From: Methanomicrobiales archaeon
GTDB lineage: Archaea > Halobacteriota > Methanomicrobia > Methanomicrobiales > Methanospirillaceae
Direction of reading: 5' to 3'
NCBI GenBank assembly: GCA_037137755.1
Contig: JBAXJR010000003.1
Coordinates: 1-64,000, forward strand
DNA length: 64,000 bases
The translations under genes were made by a program, and so were the position numbers. The notes below the pieces were generated by a model that was not told where the DNA came from, made no database searches, and worked only from the letters and a program-made list of their open reading frames with translations. Positions 51,571-60,909 of the stretch are shown piece by piece. Within the stretch, counting starts at the first letter, position 1. Every line of letters begins with the position of its first letter.

Positions 51571-52198
51571 CTGCTGATAAATTCCCGGTATGCCACCGGT
51601 TTCTCTTGGTTATCGGTTACAATCGCCTGGTTCAGTTCCTGGAGGTTTTCAATGATTTGTTCCTGTGTTTTTAACCTGGAGCTGGAGGCGTATTTTGAGG
51701 TCATCAGGAGGCCCTTCATTCCCGACCTGTTTTACAAGTTCCTTCAGGTTATCATGGACTATCTCTATCGGGTGACGCAGCCGGTTGGCGGATTCAGTAA
51801 TATAGGCAATCAGGATCCCGTGGTTCGCTTCGATAACCTTTTTTTGACTCGACGAGTTCCTGCTGGTACTTATCCTTTGTTGCAGATATCACGGCGACAA
51901 TTGCCGTGACCAGGATGAACCTCATGGCACGGAGGAGAGGGGGCCAGGTCAGTTCTCCTACTACCTCGAAACTGACTACTATATGCATCACCCCGAGTAC
52001 AATTGCAAGGAATACTGCCCGTTCGTGGTACCAGATGGCGGCAAGTACGAGGAGAATATAAAATACATGGGTATAAGCCGCCTCGATTCCCCAGTAGAGG
52101 TGAATCGTCTATTCAAGGAGCAGGCAGAAGAGGACAAGCAGGACCATGGTGATTTTTTTATTTTCCGGATCCCTAATCCAGTTGAATATTCGATTCAC
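51570..52198 (-). pseudogene. Decayed membrane sensor with His-less HisKA-like C-terminus; paralog of the C-terminus of 27633..29381
   Basis: Reconstructed: TM region (YTHVFYILLVLAAIWY) with one TAG, a frameshift in the T-run near 51840, AYITESANRLRHPIE...LQLQVKNT, a second frameshift near 51662, then EQIIENLQELNQAI...AYREFISR. Confidence 0.85.
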
Positions 52199-52571
52199 AG
52201 CATTAATCTCCGTAGTATCTTCTCTGATCAATCAATCGGTACTACGGGCATTTTAGTCCTTTGATACCATTCACCGGGTACTACGCACCGGGTATTTCAT
52301 TACGAAGATGAAAGGGAGGATTACGTTCATCCGTTAAAAATTCAACAACCCCAAGGGTCGATATCCTGGAAAAATCACGGATTGATGAAAATTTTCGTAG
52401 TAAGGCATTCATAAGGGGTACATTGAACCTTCCAGGTGGACAAAATCCCGGGAAAAATGATCGGGAGCAAAAACCGATCACATATCTTTTTTAAAGGAGC
52501 AGATGAGAACCTGTAGGTGAATTGAGGAGTACCGGCCCGGCATCCATGCAAGCCCGATAGTCTGAACCGGA

Positions 52572-53411
52572 ATGAATACCAAAGCAATCGATCAGGCACT
52601 CTATAGTCGCATCGTGAAGGCGACCTGTAATGCCATCAGGCAGGCGCAAATATTTCTCCCTGCTGATGTGAAGTCTGCAATTAATTACGCGATGGAACAG
52701 GAAACCAGTCCCGTAGCAAAAAGTGAGCTCCGCAATATCCTTGATAACCTTTCGCGCGCTGAAGAGTCGAAACTCCCGATATGCCAGGATACCGGGGTAC
52801 CGGTCATATATCTCACACTCCCCCCGGAAGTCCCCTATTGCACCGGGCTGTTTGATGCCATCAGGGATGGTGTCCGGATGGCTACGAATATAGTCCCGCT
52901 CCGCCCGAACGTGGTGGACCCGGTAAGCAGGGAAAATACCGGGGACAATACCGGTACTGGTATGCCGTCTGTTCATGTAAGCCCCGGAAGTCAGCTCACC
53001 ATCACCGTGCTGCCGAAAGGGGCAGGTGCAGAGAACATGTCACGGATAGCAATGCTCCTCCCGTCAGAAAAGGCCGGTATCCCGAAGTTTGTCGCCGAAA
53101 CGATGCTCATCGCAGGGGGCCGGCCCTGCCCGCCGGTAATCCTTGGTGTTGGTATCGGTGGTACTTTTGACCAGGTGGCATCACTTGCCAAAGAAGCATT
53201 GCTTCTCCCGGTGGACACCATGGACCCGTTCGAGCAGGAACTGTGTGATACCGTGAACAAACTGGGAATCGGTCCGATGGGCCTTGGTGGAAATACCACT
53301 GCCCTGGCGGTGAAGGTAAAACGTGCATCCTGTCACACGGCATCCCTACCCGTTGCGGTGAACGTGCAGTGCTGGGCGTCACGGCGTGCCACAGTGGTGG
53401 TGCCCCTGTGA
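52572..53411 (+). CDS. Fe-S fumarate hydratase (class I, two-subunit) alpha subunit
   Basis: PICQDTG, KGAGAEN, CPP..GVGIGG, GIGPMGLGG, CHTASLPVAVNVQCW. Confidence 0.93.
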   Translation: MNTKAIDQALYSRIVKATCNAIRQAQIFLPADVKSAINYAMEQETSPVAKSELRNILDNLSRAEESKLPICQDTGVPVIYLTLPPEVPYCTGLFDAIRDGVRMATNIVPLRPNVVDPVSRENTGDNTGTGMPSVHVSPGSQLTITVLPKGAGAENMSRIAMLLPSEKAGIPKFVAETMLIAGGRPCPPVILGVGIGGTFDQVASLAKEALLLPVDTMDPFEQELCDTVNKLGIGPMGLGGNTTALAVKVKRASCHTASLPVAVNVQCWASRRATVVVPL

Positions 53412-53953
53412 GTACCATTGCGTTACGCACACCGCTTGGTGAGGAAGTCCTGTCCCTTCTGGCCGGCGACAGGGTTACCCTGTCAGGACTTGTCTATACC
53501 GCCCGCGATGAAGCCCACCTGATGATGGAGGAACGCGGGATCCCGTTCGACCCCAAAGGCGCTGCGATTTACCACTGCGGCCCGATAATAATCGATGGAA
53601 AGGTCGTTGCCGCAGGGCCGACCACCTCGGCACGGATGAACAACCTGTCAGGTTTCCTCCTGGATAACGGTGTCAGGGCATTGATTGGAAAGGGTGGGAT
53701 GGGCGAAAAAGTTCGTGGGCAACTCAAAGGACGGGGTGTTTACCTGGCGTTTACGGGCGGTTGTGCAGCCCTCGCCGCATCATGCATGAAATACCGGGGT
53801 ATCTACTACGAGGAGCTTGGCATGGCAGAAGCAGTCTGGGAGCTCGAATTTGACAAGGTGCCGCTGGTGGTCGGTATCGATTCGAAGGGTAACGATCTCT
53901 TTTCAGATGTGAGCTGCAAAGCAAAACTACAATTCAGTTCGCTATTCAAATAA
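53408..53953 (+). CDS. Fumarate hydratase beta subunit
   Basis: TARDEAH, HCGP, GPTTSARM, GKGGM and ELGMAEAVW. GTGA overlap with the alpha subunit. Confidence 0.93.
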   Translation: MSTIALRTPLGEEVLSLLAGDRVTLSGLVYTARDEAHLMMEERGIPFDPKGAAIYHCGPIIIDGKVVAAGPTTSARMNNLSGFLLDNGVRALIGKGGMGEKVRGQLKGRGVYLAFTGGCAALAASCMKYRGIYYEELGMAEAVWELEFDKVPLVVGIDSKGNDLFSDVSCKAKLQFSSLFK

Positions 53954-53989
53954 CCTTAGGAATTTAAGTACAAGGAATAGGACACCCGC

Positions 53990-54262
53990 ATGAAGATCGA
54001 GATCGACGAGTCCCGTTGTAAAGGCTGCAACCTCTGCACCGTTGGATGCCCTTACAAGATATTCCAGGCAGGCAAAAAACCGAACCGGAAAGGTATTCTT
54101 GTGCCCCTGCTCGACCGGCCTGAACGCTGTACGAACTGCAGGCTCCGGCACCTGCACGGCAGGGTGCTGTGCGGGGTCTGCCAGATGACATGCCCTGACC
54201 AGGCAATCAGGTTCCGGGAAGAAAACCCCGGCGAGACCGTGAAGGTGGCGATTGAATATTGA
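53990..54262 (+). CDS. korD: 2-oxoacid:ferredoxin oxidoreductase delta subunit (ferredoxin)
   Basis: CKGCNLC...CP and CTNC...CGVCQMTCPDQAI, directly before korA. Confidence 0.85.
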   Translation: MKIEIDESRCKGCNLCTVGCPYKIFQAGKKPNRKGILVPLLDRPERCTNCRLRHLHGRVLCGVCQMTCPDQAIRFREENPGETVKVAIEY

Positions 54263-55359
54263 GCAAGACTGAATTCATGCAGGGAAATATTGCCTGTGCG
54301 GAAGGTGCCCTTGCCGCGGGGTGCCGGTTCTTCGGTGGGTACCCGATTACACCCTCTACCGAAGTAGCCGAGCATATGGCCGTAAAACTGCCGAAAATCA
54401 ATGGGACGTTCATCCAGATGGAGGATGAGATCGCATCCATGGCCTCGATAATAGGGGCTTCGTGGACCGGTGCACGGGCAATGACCGCTACGAGTGGCCC
54501 TGGATTTTCTCTCATGATGGAAAACATCGGCTACGCGGTGATGACGGAAACTCCCTGCGTTGTAGTAAATATCCAGCGTGGCGGTCCGAGTACCGGCCAG
54601 CCTACCATGGCTGCAGCAGGTGACATGATGCAGTGCCGGTTCGGGTCACATGGTGACTACAGTGCAATCGCCCTCTGTCCATCCAGCGTCCAGGAGATGT
54701 ATGAACTCACGGTGAAGGCCTTTAACCTGGCTGACAGGTTCAGGGTTCCGGTATTCCTGATGGCAGACGAAATTATCGGGCATATGCGTGAACGGATTGT
54801 CATCCCGGACAATGTTGAACATACGCCCAGGAGACCACTCACTCCCGGTATTCTGCCGTTCCACCCCGAAGGTGACCTTGTACCTGGGTTCCCTGAGTTC
54901 GGGAAAGGGTTCGGAGTCCATGTCACCGGCCTTACCCATGATGAACGGGGGTACCCGTGTGCCACGAACCCGAAACTTCATGAACAACTTGTTATGCGCC
55001 TTTTCAATAAGATCGAGAATGCCCGGAAGGAGATTGCCGACTATGTTGTTACGAATCCGGATGCCGAAACGGTTTTCGTCACGTACGGTTCACCTGCCCG
55101 CTCCGTGGAACAGGTTCTCCATGATACGAAAAATAAAAAAATCGGGCATCTCCGCCTGAAGATGGTATGGCCTTTTCCGGAGCATGCAATAGCCGAGTTC
55201 CCGAACGCGGCACGATTCATCATCCCGGAACTGAACCTCGGGCAAATCGCGCGTGAATTTGACCGCCATACTAGGGTCCCCGTAATCCAGGTCCCGAAAC
55301 TAGGCGGAGACCTTCACCTGCCCGCAGAACTGAAAAAACTGGCTGGAGTTGGTGCATGA
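54259..55359 (+). CDS. korA: 2-oxoglutarate:ferredoxin oxidoreductase alpha subunit
   Basis: GYPITPSTE, QMEDEI, TATSGPGFSLM and QRGGPSTGQPT. Adjacent sucCD suggests 2-oxoglutarate specificity. Confidence 0.9.
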   Translation: MSKTEFMQGNIACAEGALAAGCRFFGGYPITPSTEVAEHMAVKLPKINGTFIQMEDEIASMASIIGASWTGARAMTATSGPGFSLMMENIGYAVMTETPCVVVNIQRGGPSTGQPTMAAAGDMMQCRFGSHGDYSAIALCPSSVQEMYELTVKAFNLADRFRVPVFLMADEIIGHMRERIVIPDNVEHTPRRPLTPGILPFHPEGDLVPGFPEFGKGFGVHVTGLTHDERGYPCATNPKLHEQLVMRLFNKIENARKEIADYVVTNPDAETVFVTYGSPARSVEQVLHDTKNKKIGHLRLKMVWPFPEHAIAEFPNAARFIIPELNLGQIAREFDRHTRVPVIQVPKLGGDLHLPAELKKLAGVGA

Positions 55360-56144
55360 CGTACGAGGACTGGTTCCGGCAGGACCGCCTGCCGCATATC
55401 TATTGCGCAGGATGCGGGAATGGGACAATCATAAACTGCACCCTCGAAGCCATTGATGAAATGGGCTGGAAAAAGGAAGAAACCGTCTTTGTTTCCGGTA
55501 TCGGCTGTTCATCAAGGGCCCCCGGGTACATTGTCACTGACTCCCTCCATACCACCCACGGCAGGGCCCTCCCGTTTGCAACAGGGGTCAAAATGGCGAA
55601 GCCCGGGTTCCACGTCGTTGTGTTCACCGGTGACGGGGACCTTGCGGCAATCGGGGGTAACCACTTTATCCACGCGTGCCGGAGAAACATCGATATTACG
55701 GTTGTCTGTATGAATAACCAGATTTACGGGATGACTGGGGGGCAGGGAAGTCCGACCACTCCGATGGGGGCTCTCTCTACCACTACGCCGTTTGGCTCGG
55801 CCGAACCAGCCTTCGATCTCTGCGAACTTGCCATCGCCGCGGGTGCGAATTACGTTGCCCGCTGGACTTCCTACCATGTGAAAGAACTCACAAAATCAGT
55901 AAAGGTTGGAATGGAAACACCCGGAATGTCTTTTATAGAAGCAATGGTCCAATGCCCGACAAATTATGGCAGGCGAAACAAATTCAAACAGGTCCTCGAC
56001 CAGGTTGAGTACCTGCGGTCGCATTCGATGCTCAGACAGAAATATCTCCTGCATGAAGAGAGGGGAGAACCTGTTCCTGATGCTACGATTGTCGTCGGGG
56101 AATTTGTAAACCGGAACCGTCCGGTCATGGGGTTACCACGATGA
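55356..56144 (+). CDS. korB: 2-oxoglutarate:ferredoxin oxidoreductase beta subunit
   Basis: CAGCG, SGIGCS, HGRA, TPP motif GDGD..IGGNH and YGMTGGQ. Confidence 0.9.
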   Translation: MTYEDWFRQDRLPHIYCAGCGNGTIINCTLEAIDEMGWKKEETVFVSGIGCSSRAPGYIVTDSLHTTHGRALPFATGVKMAKPGFHVVVFTGDGDLAAIGGNHFIHACRRNIDITVVCMNNQIYGMTGGQGSPTTPMGALSTTTPFGSAEPAFDLCELAIAAGANYVARWTSYHVKELTKSVKVGMETPGMSFIEAMVQCPTNYGRRNKFKQVLDQVEYLRSHSMLRQKYLLHEERGEPVPDATIVVGEFVNRNRPVMGLPR

Positions 56145-56683
56145 GACACGAAGTACGGTTTTCAGGTTTTGGTGGCCAGGGAATTATCCTGTCTGCCGTT
56201 ATCATTGGGCGTGCCGCCGTGATGTATGACAATAAGTTTGCTGTCCAGACCCAGGTATATGGGCCCGAAGCGCGGGGTGGTGCATCGATGAGCGCTGTAA
56301 TAATCGACGATGAGCCTATTCTTTTCCCAAAAGTCACTGTTCCGGATATCTACGTGATCATGTCACAGGAAGGGTTCGAAAAGTACGGTGCCTCCGCCCC
56401 GGAGGGTGCGGTAATGATTCTCGATTCCACGCTGGTCCATTCGAGGCCGGCCTGTACCTACATCGAGGTAGCGGCAACGAAAGAGGCCAGGGAAAAACTG
56501 GGGCGGGATATTGTTGCCAATATCGTAATGCTCGGTGCACTGGTAGCTGCGACACATGTCGTATCTGAAACAGCAATCGAGCGTGCAATCCTGGACAGTG
56601 TTCCAAAAGGAACTGAAAAGCTGAACCAGAGTGCCCTGACCCGCGGGTTTGAACTTATTAAAGAGAGAGGAACGTCAGCATGA
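56141..56683 (+). CDS. korC: 2-oxoglutarate:ferredoxin oxidoreductase gamma subunit
   Basis: GFGGQG, YGPEARGG and ANIVMLG. Confidence 0.9.
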   Translation: MRHEVRFSGFGGQGIILSAVIIGRAAVMYDNKFAVQTQVYGPEARGGASMSAVIIDDEPILFPKVTVPDIYVIMSQEGFEKYGASAPEGAVMILDSTLVHSRPACTYIEVAATKEAREKLGRDIVANIVMLGALVAATHVVSETAIERAILDSVPKGTEKLNQSALTRGFELIKERGTSA

Positions 56684-57765
56684 AGATACTCGAGTATGAA
56701 GCAAAAAAGGTGCTCGCAGAATCGGGCATAACCATTCCGAGGAGTGTTCTCATCAGGTCACCTGATGAACTTGCAGCGCACCTCTCGGCACTACCGGATA
56801 ACCTTGTCTTAAAAGCACAGGTGGATGTTGGTGGAAGAGGGAAGGCAGGGGGAATCCTGATGGCAGATAAGGTCCATGCAATGATGACCGCGAAAGACCT
56901 GTTTTCGCGTGAAATTAAACATATCCCTGTTAAGGAAGTGCTGGTCGAGGAACGGCTCGATATCAGGCATGAATATTACCTGTCTATTGCCGTCGACAGG
57001 TCTACAAAACGTTCGCTTATCCTCTTTGCCGATGCGGGTGGGGTGGAGATTGAAAAGACTGCAAAAGAGAACCCGGACGCAATCCGGCGGGCGTCACTCC
57101 CCCTTATCATGCATGATGTACCGCAGTTCATGGTACGGGACCTCCTTGGGGGTGCACCGAAGGAACTCGGCCCGGTAATTAACCAGCTGTACCATGTATT
57201 CCAGAAGAAAGACGCATTACTCGCAGAGATCAATCCCCTCGTTACGACACCCGAAGGGGTGGTTGCAGCAGATGCCAAGCTGATTGTCGATGATAATGCC
57301 CTGAAAAGGCAGGGTATCACGATAAACCGTGACCTCAGTGAACGGGAACGTGAGGCGGAACGGTTCGGGTTTTCCTATGTCGAACTTGAAGGGACAATTG
57401 GTGTTATCGGCAATGGTGCAGGACTTACGATGTCAACCCTCGACCTGATTGAGTATTATGGTGGCAGGGCCGCCAACTTCCTTGATGTTGGTGGCGGGGC
57501 CGAACAGGAGCGCGTAATGAATGCAGTCCGGCTGGTGGCCAGCGTCCCGTCTGTGAAAGCGATTGTCGTGAACCTGTTAGGGGGTATCACCCGGTGTGAC
57601 GAAGTTGCAAAAGGGATCATCAGCGCGGGAATAACACAACCCGTCATTGTCCGCTTGGCCGGGACAAATGAAGCCGAAGGCCGGAAACTACTTTCAGACA
57701 AAGGGTACCAGATGCCCGACACCATGGAGCAAGTGGTCAAAGCTGCTGTGGAGATGACACGATGA
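56680..57765 (+). CDS. sucC: Succinyl-CoA synthetase beta subunit
   Basis: LEYEAK, KAQV..GGRGKAGG, EINPL, GNGAGL and NFLDVGG. Confidence 0.96.
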   Translation: MKILEYEAKKVLAESGITIPRSVLIRSPDELAAHLSALPDNLVLKAQVDVGGRGKAGGILMADKVHAMMTAKDLFSREIKHIPVKEVLVEERLDIRHEYYLSIAVDRSTKRSLILFADAGGVEIEKTAKENPDAIRRASLPLIMHDVPQFMVRDLLGGAPKELGPVINQLYHVFQKKDALLAEINPLVTTPEGVVAADAKLIVDDNALKRQGITINRDLSEREREAERFGFSYVELEGTIGVIGNGAGLTMSTLDLIEYYGGRAANFLDVGGGAEQERVMNAVRLVASVPSVKAIVVNLLGGITRCDEVAKGIISAGITQPVIVRLAGTNEAEGRKLLSDKGYQMPDTMEQVVKAAVEMTR

Positions 57766-58628
57766 TCTTCGGAGACAAAAAAACAGGCGTAATCGTCACC
57801 GGGGCCACGGGTCACCAGGGGGCCTTCCATATCGCCCTGATGAACGAGTACGCAAAGAGCGTGGGCGGCAGGGGAGTCGTCGCCGGTGTAACACCTGGTA
57901 AGGCTGGGCAGGAAGTCCATGGCGTACCGGTTTACAACAGTATCCGTGATGCGATGAAAGAACATGATGCCGGTGCAAGCGTCCTGTTTGTCCCTGCCTT
58001 CGCAGCCGGGGACTCGATCATGGAATCCGCGAGCGCCGGCCTTTCACTTGTGGTTGCCATTACCGAGCATATCCCGGTCCATGATACCATGAAAGCCATT
58101 TCCTATGCAAAAATGAATGATTGTGACGTAATCGGCCCGAACTGCCCGGGGCTCCTTTCACCCGGGGAGATAAAGATGGGTATTATGCCGGCACAATTAT
58201 TTACTCGGGGTCACATTGGCGTGATTTCGCGAAGCGGAACCCTTACCTACGAAATAGTAGATGAACTTACCCGGGCAGGGCTCGGCCAGAGTACCGTTGT
58301 CGGGATTGGAGGGGACCCTGTTATCGGCCAGACCTTTACCGATGTCCTTGCCAGGTTTTCAGAAGACCGGGAGACAAAAGCGGTCGTTATTATCGGGGAA
58401 GTTGGGGGCGCTCTCGAAGAGGAAGGCGCAAAGTCTGCCGAAATCCCGATTGTTGCCTACATCGCAGGAATATCCGCGCCCCCTGAAAAGCGGATGGGGC
58501 ATGCAGGCGCTATTATCGAGGGTGGAGAAGGCGATGCACGGTCGAAGATTGAACGACTGAAGGCGATGGGAGTCCCGGTTGCATCACGTCCATCAGAAGT
58601 GCCACGGCTGATCCACAACCTGATCTGA
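57762..58628 (+). CDS. sucD: Succinyl-CoA synthetase alpha subunit
   Basis: [22 protein letters not shown] and RMGHAGA. Confidence 0.96.
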   Translation: MIFGDKKTGVIVTGATGHQGAFHIALMNEYAKSVGGRGVVAGVTPGKAGQEVHGVPVYNSIRDAMKEHDAGASVLFVPAFAAGDSIMESASAGLSLVVAITEHIPVHDTMKAISYAKMNDCDVIGPNCPGLLSPGEIKMGIMPAQLFTRGHIGVISRSGTLTYEIVDELTRAGLGQSTVVGIGGDPVIGQTFTDVLARFSEDRETKAVVIIGEVGGALEEEGAKSAEIPIVAYIAGISAPPEKRMGHAGAIIEGGEGDARSKIERLKAMGVPVASRPSEVPRLIHNLI

Positions 58629-58812
58629 TTTTTTATGGCAAAATATTGGGGACTTCCTGGCAAACCTGGTTTCAATGGTCCGGGACTGCCAGGCACTGCA
58701 CAAATGGGGAACATAAAATAATGAGAATAGGTACACGTATCATTACGTGAGTCCGCATGGCTTGGGAGACGAGAGTTGATGGATACTATTGAGCGGTACG
58801 CAGGTGAGATAC

Positions 58813-59532
58813 ATGGTCCAGGCAGATGAATACGATCAGGGTTCCGGGCCGGGACAATACCTGGTACCGGGGGAGATACTACTCCGGTCTTCCATCTCTG
58901 TTGGCATCAAGAAATTCATCTTTAATGCGTACATTACAGATCGGCGGATATTTCTGGTAGACCAGAACGAAAAAAAACCCGGTATAATCTCAAAGGATAT
59001 CCCGCGTGACGTTGTGATGGGCAGCCATCTCGAATCCCCGGGGACCCCCGACCCGTTCCTTGTCCTCACCATCCGGACATCAGAAGACGAAACGAGGACA
59101 ATGAAAATTGCATTTGTCCAGGAAGGTAATGACCGTACCGCAGAGATCGAGGAATGGATCAGTCTCCTTCACGGGAGGCCGTTAAGGCCGGTAAAATCAG
59201 TCATGCGCCACCGCGAAGCCCCTGTCACGGTCCATAAGGATGATTCCCCCCGGGGAAAACCACACGAGAAACAGGTCCCGCCTCAACATACGGTCCATGA
59301 GGCACATGGTTATGGGACAATTCACCAACGAGGCCTCGATAAATCCTGGCCGTTAGAACCTGATAATGTTCCGGTGGCAGCACCCGCATACCCTGTGGAT
59401 GAACGACCCGCTGCAGGGACTGTTCAGGATACAGGTGAAATAGCATTCTGCCACCACTGCGGGAAAAGAGCCCCCCCTGGGGCAAATTTCTGTCCGTTTT
59501 GCGGGACCAAGCTGCATCGCGCTGGCAGTTAG
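58813..59532 (+). CDS. Protein with PH-like N-terminal domain and C-terminal zinc ribbon
   Basis: AYITDRRIFL and EEWISLL, a disordered linker, then FCHHCG...FCPFCG. GGTGA RBS before ATG 58813. Confidence 0.8.
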   Translation: MVQADEYDQGSGPGQYLVPGEILLRSSISVGIKKFIFNAYITDRRIFLVDQNEKKPGIISKDIPRDVVMGSHLESPGTPDPFLVLTIRTSEDETRTMKIAFVQEGNDRTAEIEEWISLLHGRPLRPVKSVMRHREAPVTVHKDDSPRGKPHEKQVPPQHTVHEAHGYGTIHQRGLDKSWPLEPDNVPVAAPAYPVDERPAAGTVQDTGEIAFCHHCGKRAPPGANFCPFCGTKLHRAGS

Positions 59533-59605
59533 ACCTGACCCGGGTAACAAGGTCTGGTTATACCCTGATTATCCCTGTTTTTTAAAAGTGCTACAAAGGT
59601 TCTTC

Positions 59606-60664
59606 CTATCTATTTCCTTTCCGGGCGGTTACCATCCTGACATACGTATCCTTGTGGTAATCGTCCCTGATATCCCGGTCATCTATTATTGCAAGACCGT
59701 TTTCCTTCAATGCATCTCTGTATGCAGGTGTCAGGAACGCCTGTTCCTTGGTAAATCCCCCGTGCAGCTTGCTAACCCCCTGGAACGTCCATAACTTATA
59801 TTCAAGGAACTGGAGCGGGTCACGGGGGAGACCTCCCGGGGATTGGATATTCACAAAATACCCACCTTCGTTCAGGGCATTGCTGATTTTAGGTAGCAGT
59901 TCAATGGATTTTCCACTTGGATTGGAAGAGGAGATAATCAGGTCATATCCTTCACCAAATGAGTCAATGAAAAAATCTCCTGGTATCAGGTGCACGTTCT
60001 TCGCGTTGTACTGTTCTAGATAATGTTCTGTAAGCGTGACGACGTGGGGTAAGTCAAACACCCACGCCTCAATATCCGGGCGCTGTGTTCCAACAGCGAT
60101 TGCATAGAGGCCATGTCCGCCTCCAAGGTCCAGTACCCGCCTGACCCGGGAAAAACCGGGGAGATCTATTATTGCACGGATCACCGCCTGCAACCTCCCG
60201 GAGACGGCATTCTCTGCCATCGCAGGAAGTGAGTACTCCCGGAAAAAATTCTCTTTATCGTACTCCTTTGGCCCGTTATGGATAATCCGGGCAAGTGGAG
60301 TCCAGAGGTCCCGTCTCATCTGTGCAAGCTGCCTGATATAATGGACCTGTGAATAGGGGGAACTGCTGGTCAGGTATGTTGATGTCACACCTGTATCTGA
60401 GTAAATCCCGTTATTTTCGGTCAGCAGTCCTTCCACTGCCAGGGCTTCGCAGAGCAGGGTACACATTTCAACATCGGAAGAAATACGGACCGCCAGTTCC
60501 GGCGTGGTCACCGGGGTTGTACACACGTCAAAAACCCCCAGTTCGACTGCAGCACTGATAAGCGAGAACTCCCTCATACCCCGTATCGCTGTATCCAGTT
60601 TTTCAAACAATAGTCCGGGGTCTTCCGGGGGTTCCGTTATGAAGAATGATCGCGTTTCATTCAA
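59606..60664 (-). CDS. O-methyltransferase family (Methyltransf_2) with N-terminal dimerisation wHTH
   Basis: SAAVELGVFD, VLDLGGGHG, FDLP.V and GDFF. Confidence 0.9.
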   Translation of the reverse strand: MNETRSFFITEPPEDPGLLFEKLDTAIRGMREFSLISAAVELGVFDVCTTPVTTPELAVRISSDVEMCTLLCEALAVEGLLTENNGIYSDTGVTSTYLTSSSPYSQVHYIRQLAQMRRDLWTPLARIIHNGPKEYDKENFFREYSLPAMAENAVSGRLQAVIRAIIDLPGFSRVRRVLDLGGGHGLYAIAVGTQRPDIEAWVFDLPHVVTLTEHYLEQYNAKNVHLIPGDFFIDSFGEGYDLIISSSNPSGKSIELLPKISNALNEGGYFVNIQSPGGLPRDPLQFLEYKLWTFQGVSKLHGGFTKEQAFLTPAYRDALKENGLAIIDDRDIRDDYHKDTYVRMVTARKGNR

Positions 60665-60909
60665 TTCATTCCACCTGAAAGGTGATCTGCACCTGCTACA
60701 GGTTATAGTATCTTATCTGGCGGGATTGGTATAGGGACTATAAAACCGCTATTCCGATATGGTATCATGTGCACAAGAAATTTCCCGGTGGGTCTTTTGT
60801 TCCCTGGTAACGCCGCCACAATGGGGGCCACGGTCTTTTTCAGGCAACGGGTGTGCACAAGGAACCGGTCAACTACAAACCTATAATATACTCTGATTGA
60901 GAACTTTTA

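Noticed and set aside
52109-52111. In-frame TAG in the decayed sensor as a pyrrolysine or readthrough codon
   Set aside because: The same gene has two frameshifts and its partner has a TAA, so ordinary pseudogenisation is simpler.
60735-60909. c-di-AMP riboswitch upstream of kup
   Set aside because: No ydaO-type consensus recognised by eye; kept only as a repeat observation.
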